This document shows positions 1-11,649 of a stretch of DNA of 64,000 nt, piece after piece. The position numbers and the translations under genes are program-made. Source of the stretch: Octopus bimaculoides (lineage: Eukaryota); contig NC_068985.1 of the NCBI RefSeq assembly GCF_001194135.2, positions 36,003,279 to 36,067,278 on the forward strand, in the 5' to 3' direction. The first letter of the stretch is position 1, and each line of letters opens with the position of its first letter. The notes beneath the pieces were generated by a model. That model worked only from the letters and a program-made list of their open reading frames with translations, was not told the DNA's origin and searched no databases.

Positions 1-830
1 ACTGACAAGAAATACTACATGAGAGGCCAGGATGCACAGGGGGAACAGACTGTGGTGGAGCTAGCAGAAAGTGAGGTGGAAGGGGATCTTGGCATCTTGA
101 TCGACAAAGGACTGACCTTCAGGAACCACATAAACCAAGCAACTGCAAAAGCAAATCGAATCCCTGGAGTCACCCGACGATCATTTGACTTCATCACCCC
201 TGTTGTCTTCGTCCAGCTGTACAAGTTTCTAGTTCGCCTGATTCTTGAATATGGACACACAGTTTGGCAACCCCGGCATAAAGCAATGTGTTGTGAGTTG
301 GAGGATGTTCAGAGGCATGCCACCAAACTCATTGCATCCTTGAAAGAAAAGCCATATCCGGAGTGCTTGGCTACACTAAACCTGCCTAGTCTCAAACATC
401 CCCGTCTCAGCGGAGATATGATCAACATGTATAAAGATACGCACGGCTGTACCTAACCAACCACCCCCAATTCAACTTCTAAGGCAGAAATATGAGAGGA
501 CACAGCTTGAAATTGAAAAGATCATACTCAACATTAGAAGTAGGCTCAACATTAGAAGCTGCTTTTTTGTACAGCGTGTAACCGCAACCTGGAACTGTCT
601 GCCAAATAGTGTGATCGCAGCATCATCAGTCAATGCCTACAAGAACAGGCTTGACGCACACTGGGGGGAGCTTCCTGCAAAATTTGATCCTGTCTGTTAC
701 TATTAGCTACAACTGTCGAAGTGTTGTACCACACATGACAAATTAATTGTACTAGTGGAAAAGGACCTGTGAACAAGCTCCTAGGAGCTTCAACATGGAA
801 ACCATCCAGTATCTAGTATCCAATAATTCT
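1..830 (+). mobile_element. CR1-type LINE, 3' fragment (end of RT and C-terminal region of ORF2, decayed)
   Basis: ORF 19-456 reads DLGILIDKGLTFRNHINQATAKANRI...LYKFLVRLILEYGHTVWQP...LEDVQRHATKLI...LNLPSL...GDMINMYK, a typical CR1-group ORF2 C-terminus. It continues out of frame (FF.QRV...WN.LP near 565-605). Confidence 0.85.
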
Positions 831-1586
831 TATTACACCAATGATACACACACATGCACACATACACATATACGCACATACACACTCGCACTCACATAAA
901 CATATATATACACTTATGCTGTTTGTCATTCATGATGCTGTTACTAAGCACACAAGCACCCAAGGTCTTAACTAATACAAAGTCATCTCAGTGACTTTGG
1001 CATTGATTCATTCACCAATGTACTGCAATTGCTAGCCTTGCAAATATAATTGTCTCTTCTCTCTACTTATTCTATCACTACTGCAATGAACCTTCCTCAT
1101 TTTAACTTGCTACTTGAATACCACCTCCTCCAAGTCAAACCAAAACACCTGTCTTTCCTCATCTTCTAACACCTACTGTTTCACACAAGCACCTATACAC
1201 AAACAATCCTTCATCTCTAACGTGTCAACACTCTAGATATCTTGTTTTCGCAGATGTCAGCTTACAGATGTTCAAGCTGAACACGGACTTTATTGATCTA
1301 ACATTTGAATGAAAATAGGTTTAATGTCTCATGACTGTGCACTGTCTCAGAGTTGGCCTGAGTAGTGTCAGCTCACAGCCTGGAGGGAAATGTTGAAATC
1401 AATGTCTACAAGTGATGTGATCTAAATTAAAGAATAAAAAAAACATTGATCTAACTGGTCTCCAATGGCTTGCAAATGTTTTGTTTGCTGTCCTTTCCTC
1501 TGAACAAAGACAGAAAAAATGCCAAAACTTAGAGTATCATTTCTGTTGTGTATATGTATATTATTGTGTATATGTATATGTATTTA

Positions 1587-2030
1587 GGTGCAGGAGTGGC
1601 TGTGTGGTAAGTAGCTTGCTTACCAACCACATGGTTCCGGGTTCAGTCCCACCGCATGGCACCTTGGGCAAGTGTCNNNNNNNNNNCCCACCGCATGGCA
1701 CCTTGGGCAAGTGTCTTCTACTATAGCCTCGGGCTGACCAAAGCCTTGTGAGTGGATTTGGTAGACGGTAACTGAAAGAAGCCTGTCATATATATGTATA
1801 TATATGTGTGTGTTTATGTGTCTGTGTTTGTCCCCCCAACATCGCTTGACAACCAATGCTGGTGTGTTTATGTCCCCATAACTTAGTGGTTTGGCAAAAG
1901 AGACTGATAGAATAAGTACTAGGCTTACAAAGAATAAGTCCTGGGGTCGATTTGCTTAACTAAAGGCGGTGCTCCAGCATGGCCGCAGTCACATGACTGA
2001 AACAAGTAAAAGAGTAAAGAGTAAAGAGTA
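1587..2030 (+). mobile_element. tRNA-derived SINE family A (CORE-like centre, internal (TA/TG)n, (AAGAGT)n tail)
   Basis: A-box-like GGCTGTGTGGTAAG and B-box GGTTCAGTCC, followed by CORE-like GCACCTTGGGCAAGTGTC. About 12 related copies occur in the window. It resembles octopus OR-type SINEs from memory (unverified). The short duplication around the 10-N gap at 1677-1686 is probably an assembly artefact. Confidence 0.85.
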
Positions 2031-2486
2031 TGGAATTAGTAACTGGCTGAGACAATAACATGCTTCGTGTAAAACCACTTAACCCTCAACAACAGTCAAT
2101 TCACCTGGTTTCAAATCAGTACCATGAGGGCATATATTTCACTAATTAGGTAGCAGGAGAAATTTATAATTGATGAATGAATGGGGAAGGTACTGAGTTC
2201 TGTTTGATCTCCTTGTGAATTCCAACAATGACCAACTCATCTGTTTATGTACCAGGTTTTATATAGTCTGAGCTTCCAGAGTGTGATTTAAGAATAATTT
2301 GACTGCTATTTCTTGGGGATTAATAAATAAGTAAATATTCCTTCATATTTACTCAGACATTTTTGTTGGAACTGTTATATTAATAAGAAGGTAAAAGTAA
2401 GATGTGGGTAAATGAAGAAAAAATAAGACTTTGTAATACTAATATTTCTCAAGTTTACAGAGAAAAAAAGAGAAAAAAAATCTCAC

Positions 2487-2588
2487 CTTTAGCTCCATCA
2501 AGTTGCTTGCTTGTCCATTTCCAGGAGCATTGTTCATATCCAGTAGACCAACTACACTTTCCGTGTTGGAAACTACATTCCCAGGAAC
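2487..2588 (-). CDS. Isolated internal coding exon, MAM-domain-like N-terminal motif
   Basis: Acceptor ...tcataatataaag| and donor AAAG|gtgaga bound 102 bp in phase 1-1 with no stop. It encodes SWECSFQHGKCSWSTGYEQCSWKWTSKQLDGAK, matching the C-x-F-x3-C-x-W...W start of MAM modules. It lies in non-repeat sequence. Confidence 0.5.
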
Positions 2589-4509
2589 CTTTATATTATG
2601 AAAATATAAACATATTAGCTTTCTGAAAATATTGTGTACTGGAATAGTTTTACTTTATTTTTAATATCAATTTTGTTTTTACATAGACTCAAGGTATTAG
2701 GTTTAATATAGAAAGGGGAATTGAGATTCTGTGATGCTCATACCTTTCTCAATAGATTTAATTGAGTAAGTGGATTAAAATTGTTATATTTAAGACTTCA
2801 TATTAAACATGTAACTTAGTCTAATAGTTTACGTTCCTTCATTTAGAATAGAGTTCTCATCTTTCAAGTACTCTTGCCCCAAATGTTTGGTCTATATTAG
2901 AAATCACAATGCCGATAAATTGGTTATTTAACATCAACTAGTTCAAGTTAAAGAATCAGTACAAAAGATTAGTATTGACATTGGAAATCTATTTTCAAAT
3001 CCTCTCATCAGATCTTTATGTGCACTGTTGCTCTTCAAGATAGCTGTCAGACAGAATCTAGGAGTCTAAGAAAAGCTGACTACTCATTTTCTGGTAAGGC
3101 CAAGAGAGAATATGAAACTCATGGACACAGTGTTTTGTTTGAATACACTTCTTTAAGTCTTACTAGCTCAGATACAGAGTGCATGATTTTCCTTCACAAG
3201 ATTTCATCTTCTCTGTATGTATGACACTAAACTTGTTGTTGTTGATGACACTTGGACAGTCACAGCAAACATTTCCTGGGAAAAGAACCGTGATAAGTTT
3301 TGACAACTTTAATGCCAGAAGTGATGCAATAAAAAGATTGCCTATTTGCTTAGATTGTTAAAATATTGACAAGGTCAATGATAATTGTTAAAGCCACTTA
3401 AGGTAGGATGAACAGGACTTAAAACAAGGCAGTTTGTGATATAGACTAGTCACTTGTCTGCATCAAAGACAGAGGGGTTGATATTCCTGAATGTAACAAA
3501 CGATACAAAACCAGAAAAGCCAGTCCACTTTAACACATTGCTCTCATATGTCTTCTTGAGAAACTGTAGAATATTAAATGCTATGCAGCCCTTGGACAAC
3601 CGCAAAACAATCTTTCACATAGCTGCAATAGAATCTTCTGAGAAAATTCCTGCAGCATAATAATTGGCACTCATTCTCTTTAGAAAGGTTATGTCACTTC
3701 AGTGCTGCAAATTATAGATTCTTCAGGCCTACAAAATCTTTCCTTCTATGAGGAATCATCAAATACTTGTGACAACTAGAAGCAGAATTCAAGAAACTGT
3801 CTGAATAGGCATTTGTAACAAGTAATATCTGGGAGATGTACTCTGGTGAAAAGAAGAAAGATACTTCAATCAGTAATAAATTGCTCTGTTAAAGCCCAAA
3901 TCTATAACAATAATTACAGAGAGACTAGAACAGATAGAGAAATGGATGGGACTTTACTGAATATCATTGAAGAAAGAAACTTGTTGACCAATCAACTTTG
4001 ATGGTATTGAAAGTTTCCCATGTATGATCAAACAAGATGAATTTCCAATAATAGAAGGACTTATGATCAGATGCCATCAGGCAGAGCGCCAAGAAAAACT
4101 TGTATTTTGATAGAGTTCTTTAAAAACAGCATGCCAGTCTTCCTTGTACTTCTGCAAAAGCTTCTCATTCAATGTTGGGAAAGGGCACAGTTCCTCAGGA
4201 TATGTGAGATGCCAATATTGTTGCACAATACAAGAACAAAATGTAACAGTAGTGATTGCAATAATTTACAAAGTTATATTTCTTCTTACTTTAGTTGGCA
4301 AAGGTTTGCAGACAGAATATATCCTCAGTCACAATCATATACCAAGTAATCAACTACAGGCATGGTATTTTCATTGCATCAATTTCAAGAAAATAATGGA
4401 AACATAATCAGCCACCATATTTAGCCTTCATTAACCTAGCAAAGCTTTTGACTTTGTTGTTTAAAATGGTCTTTTAAGATGATAACATTCACTGATTGCA
4501 AACCAAATC

Positions 4510-5732
4510 TATTGGGTCATCCCATTAATAATGCGTTTTTTTTCAATTGCAAGAACTAAAGGTTGGAGGGGGATGGGATAAAATACCTGCATCAACTTGC
4601 TATAAAAGTAGGCAGTAATTTTACCTTGTACTTATTCTTAGTGAAAGTTTTGAAGAGTGCACTTTAGTTTTAACAGTTATTTTTTCAAAGCTATAATGGA
4701 AGTGACAAAGGAGCATATTTGGTATATTTTGCTTTATGAGTTCAATAAAGGCAACAGCATATTGGAAAGTGCAAAGAATATTAATGCAGTATTTGGGGAT
4801 TGGGTAATAAGCATAAACCAGTGTCAATGGTGGTTCCAGAAATTCCAAGCTGGAAACTATAGCCTGCAAGACAAGCCTCGTCCTGGAAGATCTGTAGAGC
4901 TTGATGAGGATATCCTGCAAACCCTGGTGGAACAAAATCCTGCTGTAACTGTTGAGGAACTATCAGAGAAGCTTAAATTTGGTCATTCCATCTTTGGTTT
5001 ACTCTTTTACTCTTTTATTTGTTTCAGTCATTTGACTGCGGCCATGCTGGAGCACCGCCTTTAGTCAAGCAAATTGACCCCGGGACTTATTCTTTGTAAG
5101 CCTAGTACTTATTCTATCGGTCTCTTTTGCCGAACCGCTAAGTGACGGGGCCATAAACACACCAGCATCGGTTGTCAAGCAATGCTAGGGGGACAAACAA
5201 AGACACACAAACACACACATATACATATATACGACGGGCTTCTTTCAGTTTCCGTCTACCAAATCCACTCACAAGGCTTTGGTCAGCCCAAGGCTATAGT
5301 AGAAGACACTTGCTCAAGGTGCCATGCAGTGGGACTGAATCCGGAACCATGTGGCTGGTAAACAAAATGCTTGGCCACATACAGCGAGGATGACATTGTA
5401 AAGGTTGCAGCAGTTTGAATGGGAAATGATGCCCCACCCATCATATTCGTTGGATACTGCCCCATCTGATTATCATTTATTCCACAATCTTCAAAATCAT
5501 TTGGACAGAAAAAATATCAATTCTGTAGACAAGGTCAGAACAGTACTAGAGGAGTAGTTTTCATCACAGACAAGTGAATTTTGGAAGTGGGGCATTGCAA
5601 GTCTACCAGACAGATGGAAGAGCATTGTAGAAAATGAAGGAGAGTATATTTTAGATTAAAAAACTGTTTATCTTAATTTTGAAAAATAAAAAAAGTATAA
5701 AAAAACTGCAGTATTTATGGGATGACCTAATA
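4510..5732 (+). mobile_element. Mariner (Tc1/mariner) DNA transposon, internally deleted, with SINE insertion
   Basis: TIRs of ~30 bp (tattgggtcatcccattaataatgc / gcagtatttatgggatgacctaata) with terminal TA. The N-terminal HTH reads MEVTKEHIWYILLYEFNKG...WWFQKFQAGNYSLQDKPRPGRS. The C-terminus reads NAWPHTA...PHPSYSLDTAPSDYHLF...LPDRWKSIVENEGEYILD*. Confidence 0.92.
4998..5363 (-). mobile_element. SINE family A, 5'-truncated, inside the mariner
   Basis: Reverse complement of the 1587-2030 family, with tail (ctctttta)n at the left end. The 5' head is missing. Confidence 0.9.
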
Positions 5733-6669
5733 ATTTATCATAAGGTCTTTCCATAATGGAATGTTGAACTCTGTATACTATGATGGATCAATGTCTTGTG
5801 AATTTGGAAGGAAAAGCAGAGTTAAATAAGTTTGGTATCTTCTTAATGCTACTCATAAAACAAATACTAAAGATAGGTAAGATGGCTGAATCTGTAATAT
5901 AGCCAGACTAAATGTCAAAACTGGGATAAGAAAAGACTTGGCATTTGCTGATGTTGAAGCTATATCTTTAATCTATGCAGAAGTCTAAAATGTATTATGC
6001 ACAGATTTTCAGGAGTTACAATCAGTCACAAGAAGATCCGTGTTATAATCAAAGGTAAGTAACTGGACATAGTATATAAGTTTTAATATCTTGGCTCCAT
6101 TGCTACAGATAACATTGCCTGAGAAAGAAAACTGGGAAGAAATCAACTGGAAATGAAATTATTACTCTCTCAAGACTCACTTAGAAAGTATAGCAGAATA
6201 ACATCAGAGATTATTTGCAAAGAAATACATTTGCCAGGATTGTGTTCTTTGTACAATTATTTATAGCAGTGAATTGTGGACAACATGTTTTTCACAAAAA
6301 CAACAATTTTCATGTGTTCCATATGAAGTGTTCCTGCAGAATCCTTGAGATTTGCTGGCAGGACGGGATTTCCAGGGTAGGCACATCCTCCATGTTTTCT
6401 GTTCCCACTCCAATGACAACTTTGATAAATTGAAGATGTTCATTGCTTGGATGATGGTCATATTCCAAATTAGGTGGTCTCTGGTGAACTGGCATTTGGG
6501 TGTAAAGAAAAGGTCACCTTTTGCTGAGATACAAAAATGTGTAGAAGTATGACATGAGACTAACACATGGGTAGAAAATATTTCACAAGACCAGGATGAA
6601 ATAATGTTAACAGTAATTAGCACACTCTTATATGTATGTGTACATATAAAACTTCTTTTATTTTGGCAT

Positions 6670-6850
6670 GAGGCCAGCAATTTTGAGAGGTAGTGAAGTC
6701 GATTTCATCAACCCCAGTGCTCAACTGGTACTTATTTTATTGACGCCAAAATAACAAAAAGTAAAGTCAACCCAGCAACATTTGAACTCAGAACGTGAAG
6801 TCATAAGAAATGCCATTAACCTTTTTATTCAGTGTGATAATGTTTTTGCC
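6670..6850 (-). mobile_element. SINE family B fragment
   Basis: Reverse-complement match to 45866-46096 (tggtact...ttga, tttgaactcagaacgt). Confidence 0.6.
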
Positions 6851-6869
6851 AGCTTGTCATCTCATGTTT

Positions 6870-7125
6870 ACATGTAAATGCATGTACATATTTATGGATA
6901 TGTACATGTGAGTATGTGTGCAAAAATGTGTTTGCATGCATATGTGTGCACAAATATGTGCATGTTCATGTATTTTAAGTGAGCGTGTATATGAGAAAGT
7001 ATGTGTGTGTGTGTCTGTATGAGTGTAAGTGAACATGTGTGTGTGTATGTCTGTGTGAACATGTGTGAGTGTGTGTGCATATGTGTGTGAATGTGTGTGT
7101 GTGCCTGTGTGTGTATGCCTGAGGT
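6870..7125. repeat. Degenerate (TG)n/(TATG)n microsatellite
   Basis: Directly visible. It accounts for the HT-rich spurious ORFs. Confidence 0.85.
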
Positions 7126-7499
7126 CTTTGAGAACCATTGACATACAATTGTGCATTTTTTTTTTTTAACCTTACATTAAGCTTTAGGTATATAGATATC
7201 AAATTGACTAATACGACATATTTGTTACTTGAAAATAAATCTATTAATGTCTTACCATATGTATATGGAAGGATTCCAATCAGTAAAAGGCAACTAATTT
7301 TTGTGACTTGTAATATAGACATTCCGCTTGGAATTGAATCTCTCAGTTACAATTATTTTATAAAAACAAGCAAAACAATGTTCAAGTTATTTCAAAGCTT
7401 CCTTCTTGAAAAGTTTTGATTAATAAGTTATCAAGTAAAATTTTGTGTTATCATTATGATCATATCCCCAAGAGTCACTCTTGCTATGACAAATTAATC

Positions 7500-7626
7500 C
7501 TCCACCACCGCTGCTGCCGCCGCCACCACCACCACCACAACCAGCAGCAGCAGCACCACCACCACCACAACCAGCACCAGCACCACCACCACCACCACAA
7601 CCAGCAGCAGCAGCACCACCACCACC
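7500..7626. repeat. Compound (CAC)n/(CAG)n/AAC trinucleotide repeat running into a gap
   Basis: Directly visible, with a higher-order unit caccaccaccacaaccagcagcagcag. Confidence 0.9.
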
Positions 7627-7899
7627 NNNNNNNNNNNNNNNNNNNNNNNNNNNNNNNNNNNNNNNNNNNNNNNNNNNNNNNNNNNNNNNNNNNNNNNNNN
7701 NNNNNNNNNNNNNNNNNNNNNNNNNNNNNNNNNNNNNNNNNNNNNNNNNNNAAAATAAAGTACTAGTCAAGTACTGAGGTTAATGTAATTGACTAATCCC
7801 CTCCTCCTAAAATTACTGACCTTTGCCAAAAATCACAACCATGTTTATTATTATTATCATCATTATCATCGAAGATAGTTATATAACAAAGATAGTTGA

Positions 7900-8260
7900 G
7901 TGTGAGACTAAATTTCTTACATAAATTAGTTTCATCCCCCTTGATTTCAAATTCAATCTCATCATTGAGAAGACCATTGAAATAAAAATTAACAGTGGAA
8001 ATCTTCATATCAAGGAAGCTATATTGATTCACCACCTGAACCTGAAAAGCAACAGTCAATTGGAGATGGACTGGTAGATCCAATAAAAACATTAGTTTCA
8101 TCCCCCTTGATTTCAAATTCAATCTCATCATTGAGAAGACCATTGAAATAAAAATTAACAGTGGAAATCTTCATATCAAGGAAGCTATATTGATTCACCA
8201 CCTGAACCTGAAAAGCAACAGTCAATTGGAGATGGACTGGTAGATCCAATGAAAACATTA
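7900..8260 (+). mobile_element. Penelope-like GIY-YIG endonuclease C-terminal fragment, tandemly duplicated (166-bp period)
   Basis: The plus frame reads LDFKFNLIIEKTIEIKINSGNLHIKEAILIHHLNLKSNSQLE, matching the PLE pattern l.i.EA..I....lN.q.E. The copies at 7925-8090 and 8091-8256 are near-identical. Confidence 0.55.
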
Positions 8261-8539
8261 CAGTGACTATGACCAACCTCATAACATACATTACCAATGC
8301 CATCTTCCTCCATTGCCATGTGAAAATACATCACAACAACCAGCAGTTGGGGAGTTACTGCTACAGCTGCTAACCCAAAGACTGAGAAGTTCAAATATAA
8401 TAACGAAATCAGTGTAACTAGACATTTCTTCTGAGGATGGGCCTTTGTGTATGCAATATAAAGGCTTATGTAAAACTTTCTGCATTGTTAGAAGCTTCCT
8501 TCTTTTCTTTTCTTTTTCTAAAAATTAAGCCTTTTCTGT

Positions 8540-9310
8540 AATCAATTCATTCAACTATACCAATCAATGTAGGATGATATGCAGTGTCTAGGTTGCATGT
8601 AGATGATGTACACTTGAGGAAAGTTAGGGAGGAATGAAAGGTTATATCATATGCATAAGAGTGAATGTCTTCAGATGTGATGGCAGAAAAAGTTATTGAT
8701 ATATAGAAGGAAGAGAGTGGGAACAAAATCAAATCTTGGAACAAAAAGAGGTCCATCAACACATGCCATGATCATGTGATCTGATAGGAATGTATTGATC
8801 CAAAAGATAAGAGAGTTATAAAACTTGAAGGCAAGTTGTTTAGATAAGTGATCTGCATACCAGACATGGTCAAAATATTTACTGATGTCTGGGGTAACAA
8901 CATTGCTTTCACAAACGTTTTTAAATAAACAGCCCACTGGTGAATGACATAAAAGAGCAGCTCTGATCATCAATGAGGAACTTAGAGATGAGTGCAGCTG
9001 AAAGACAGTTGGCTGGGTCAGAAGCATTGCCTTTCTTTGGAATAGAACATACTGAAATATGCTTCCAAATTTCTGGGTATCTCTTTATGATAAATGAGAG
9101 AGTAAAAAGCTTGGTGATTATGAGGGCATGTTCTGGGGCACAATGTTTGAATGTAATGGAAGGAGCATTGTCAGTGACTTTGTCGGATTGAAGCAATTGG
9201 AGGTATTTCCACACTTGAAACATATGTAAGCATGGTGGAGGAAAAAGTGGGATGGAAAAGAGATTTGGAAGAGATTGATGAGTTGGATGTGAAGTGAGTA
9301 GCAAAGGTGA
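8540..9310 (-). mobile_element. CR1/L2/Jockey-group LINE RT fossil
   Basis: Reads ...FKHCAPEHALIITKLF...PEIWKHISVCSIPKKGNASDPANC...LISK and ...DISKYFDHVW...WINTFLSD...VDG...PTLFLLYIN. Confidence 0.75.
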
Positions 9311-9789
9311 AGGCTTTGTCTATTTGAGTTCTTTTTATTTAAGCATTATTGTTGAGAAATAGAGGAAAAGTTTTAGTAGAATTTTTGCATAAGTCATAGA
9401 GCTTAAAATGTATACTTGAACTAAGGACTCTGAGTGGCTCAGTTAAAATTATTAACAAGTATACTTCTGACTGTATTTACCCTTGACATTGAGTGGATTT
9501 TTCAGTAAATGTAGGCTTTCTCCACATGTTGCAGTGAGGATGTTACAATTTGATATTTTCTATATGACTTTAAAATCTAAGTTAAAGTAAATTCTTTCAC
9601 AAGATATAAAGTTATAAATGTAGTGATTAACTGCTGTCTCTGTCAGTGATAGGAATCTTCATCTCCAGTTATTTCATTTGACATCATACATATGTATGTC
9701 TTTTCTTCTTTTTAATTTAGAATAGATTTTGATTGACCACCAACTTGTTAGTAAAATTGTGCAGGAAAATATCATGATTTAACTGTCAC

Positions 9790-10460
9790 CTTTTAAATCT
9801 TAAGGTTTTGTAAATTTTTATAGTACTAGATATCATGACCATTTGCAGTTTATGAATTAAGGGTTTGCATTCTCTCCCCAAGATTCTAAGCTCAGCCATA
9901 CTTTGCTCCATATGTCGGTAGATATCCAGTTGCTCCAGTAATAATGGATATGAAGCTGAAAGTGTATCTTGGGTACTTTGTTTGTAAACTCCTTATCAAT
10001 GGTCTGTAGATGTCCTTTTCCTCTTGTATTTTTCTCACCACATTTGTGTGTCCAAGGGCAGCTTATTTCTACAACTGAAGATACTTTTTCTTTGCAGTCC
10101 TACACAAGAACATCTGGCTGGTTGTGTTTTAATTTGGTGGTTCTATTAATTTTCAAGTTCCACCAGTACTCTTTTGATCCATTGGTCTCAATAAGGTTAA
10201 CTTTATTTGTAGGTATTCTCTTTTGTGTGATCCTGTTCCAAACCATTCTAATCACTATACCATGCCTCATGGGAAAATAATATCTCACAGTTGGCAATAA
10301 TGTGGTTGATGTCTTCAGTCTTGGTCTTGCGCAGCTAACATTTGTTGCCTGTCAACGTTTCTACTTTTTATGTTGTAGGTATTTGGTGGGGATCTCTTGT
10401 TCTTGGATTGCATAGATGTAGCCTTCAAAGTAGGATGTCATAAACTTGTCAGTACTCCAT
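9790..10460 (-). mobile_element. R4/Dong-clade non-LTR element, 3' fragment (zinc knuckle + RLE)
   Basis: Reads FEGYIYAIQEQEIPTKYL...EDINHIIANC...RH...WWNLKI...KHNQPDVLV...VEISCP...IITGATG...LQMVMISSTIKIYKT. Confidence 0.8.
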
Positions 10461-11018
10461 GCCATATGTATGTATGTATGTGTGCAGATTAGTATGTTTT
10501 GCTTTATGTATGTATTCTCATGCATATAGTTGCATATCTAGACATGCTCATATATATTTAAAGGATAAAATTCTGGAAAGTTTTACAGATTTTTACAGAT
10601 CCAGTGATGGATTGGATCTGTAGTCTTCATGAATGTATATGTGTTTATGTGTGTAAGTATGCATGCATTCATGTATGCCTGTACATACATGGACAGACTC
10701 AATACATTTTCCCATGGAGTACCATTATCAAATTTGAAAGAGTTCTTATCTTTTAATTACTATTCCAGTAGAAAGCTAACTGCATAACAGGTGTATTATT
10801 CCCATGAATTCCTAGACTAACTACTTTCAACAGTTGGTTTTAAAGACAAGATCTACTACCATCTTCATTACTTTTATTTTTCAAAAATTTCTGTGAGCTT
10901 ATTCTATTGGAATCTGTAATCTTACTTCTTGTTTTTAGATTTTAAACATCTTTAGGGTGAGTATTTATCTACTAATTACGTGAGTAATTTCAATAAAAAA
11001 AATCTTTAACTTTATAAT

Positions 11019-11420
11019 AGGAGTAGCTGTGTGGTAAGTAGCTTGCTTACCAACCACATGGTCATGGGTTCAGTCCCACTGCATCTGCATGGCACCTTGG
11101 GCGAGTGTCTTCTGCTATAGCCTCAAGCCGACCAAAGCCTTGTGAGTGGATTTGGTAGACGGAAACTGGAAGAAGCCCGTCGTATGTATATATGTGTGTG
11201 TGTGTGTGTATATATGTTTGTGTGTCTGTGTTTGTCCCGCCAACATCGCTTTACAACCGATGCTGGTGTGTTTATGTCCCCATAATCTAGCGGTTCGGCA
11301 AAAGAGACCGATAGAATAAGTACTAGGCTTACAAAGAATAAGCTCTGGGGTCGATTTGCTTGACTAAAGGCAGTACTCCAGCATGGCCACAGTCAAATGA
11401 CTGAAACAAGTAAAAAAAAA
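11019..11420 (+). mobile_element. SINE family A
   Basis: Full-length match to 1587-2030. Confidence 0.88.
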
Positions 11421-11649
11421 AATACATACATACATACACATATACATACATACACACATTCATACATAAGAGGAACAATGAGTTTACACTTCACCAGTCA
11501 CATCTTATAAACAAATTAACAAAACTGTATGGTAACTCTTCACAACAGGCTATTAAGAGACTCACAAAGACCAAGGCCACAATTCTTACACGTAGAACAG
11601 AGAGTGGAACAATTGTCCCTAATACCATAAATATTTCAATTGCAATATT

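Larger units (their letters stand above)
2990..6560 (+). mobile_element. RTE clade (BovB-like) LINE fossil, APE + RT, interrupted by a mariner
   Basis: Fragmentary motifs are VALQD...DYSF.GK...HG (APE), FNAR, MPSGRAP, SDCNN...LVGK.FA.R, YSSELW...FHMKCSCRILEICWQD, and a RW..H-type thumb. There are many stops and frameshifts. Confidence 0.8.

Noticed and set aside
1660-1716. Duplicated SINE segment around a 10-N gap
   Set aside because: It is a typical contig-overlap assembly artefact.
7416-7770. His/Gln-rich and Gly-rich ORFs
   Set aside because: They come from a trinucleotide repeat plus an N gap, with no splice or domain support.
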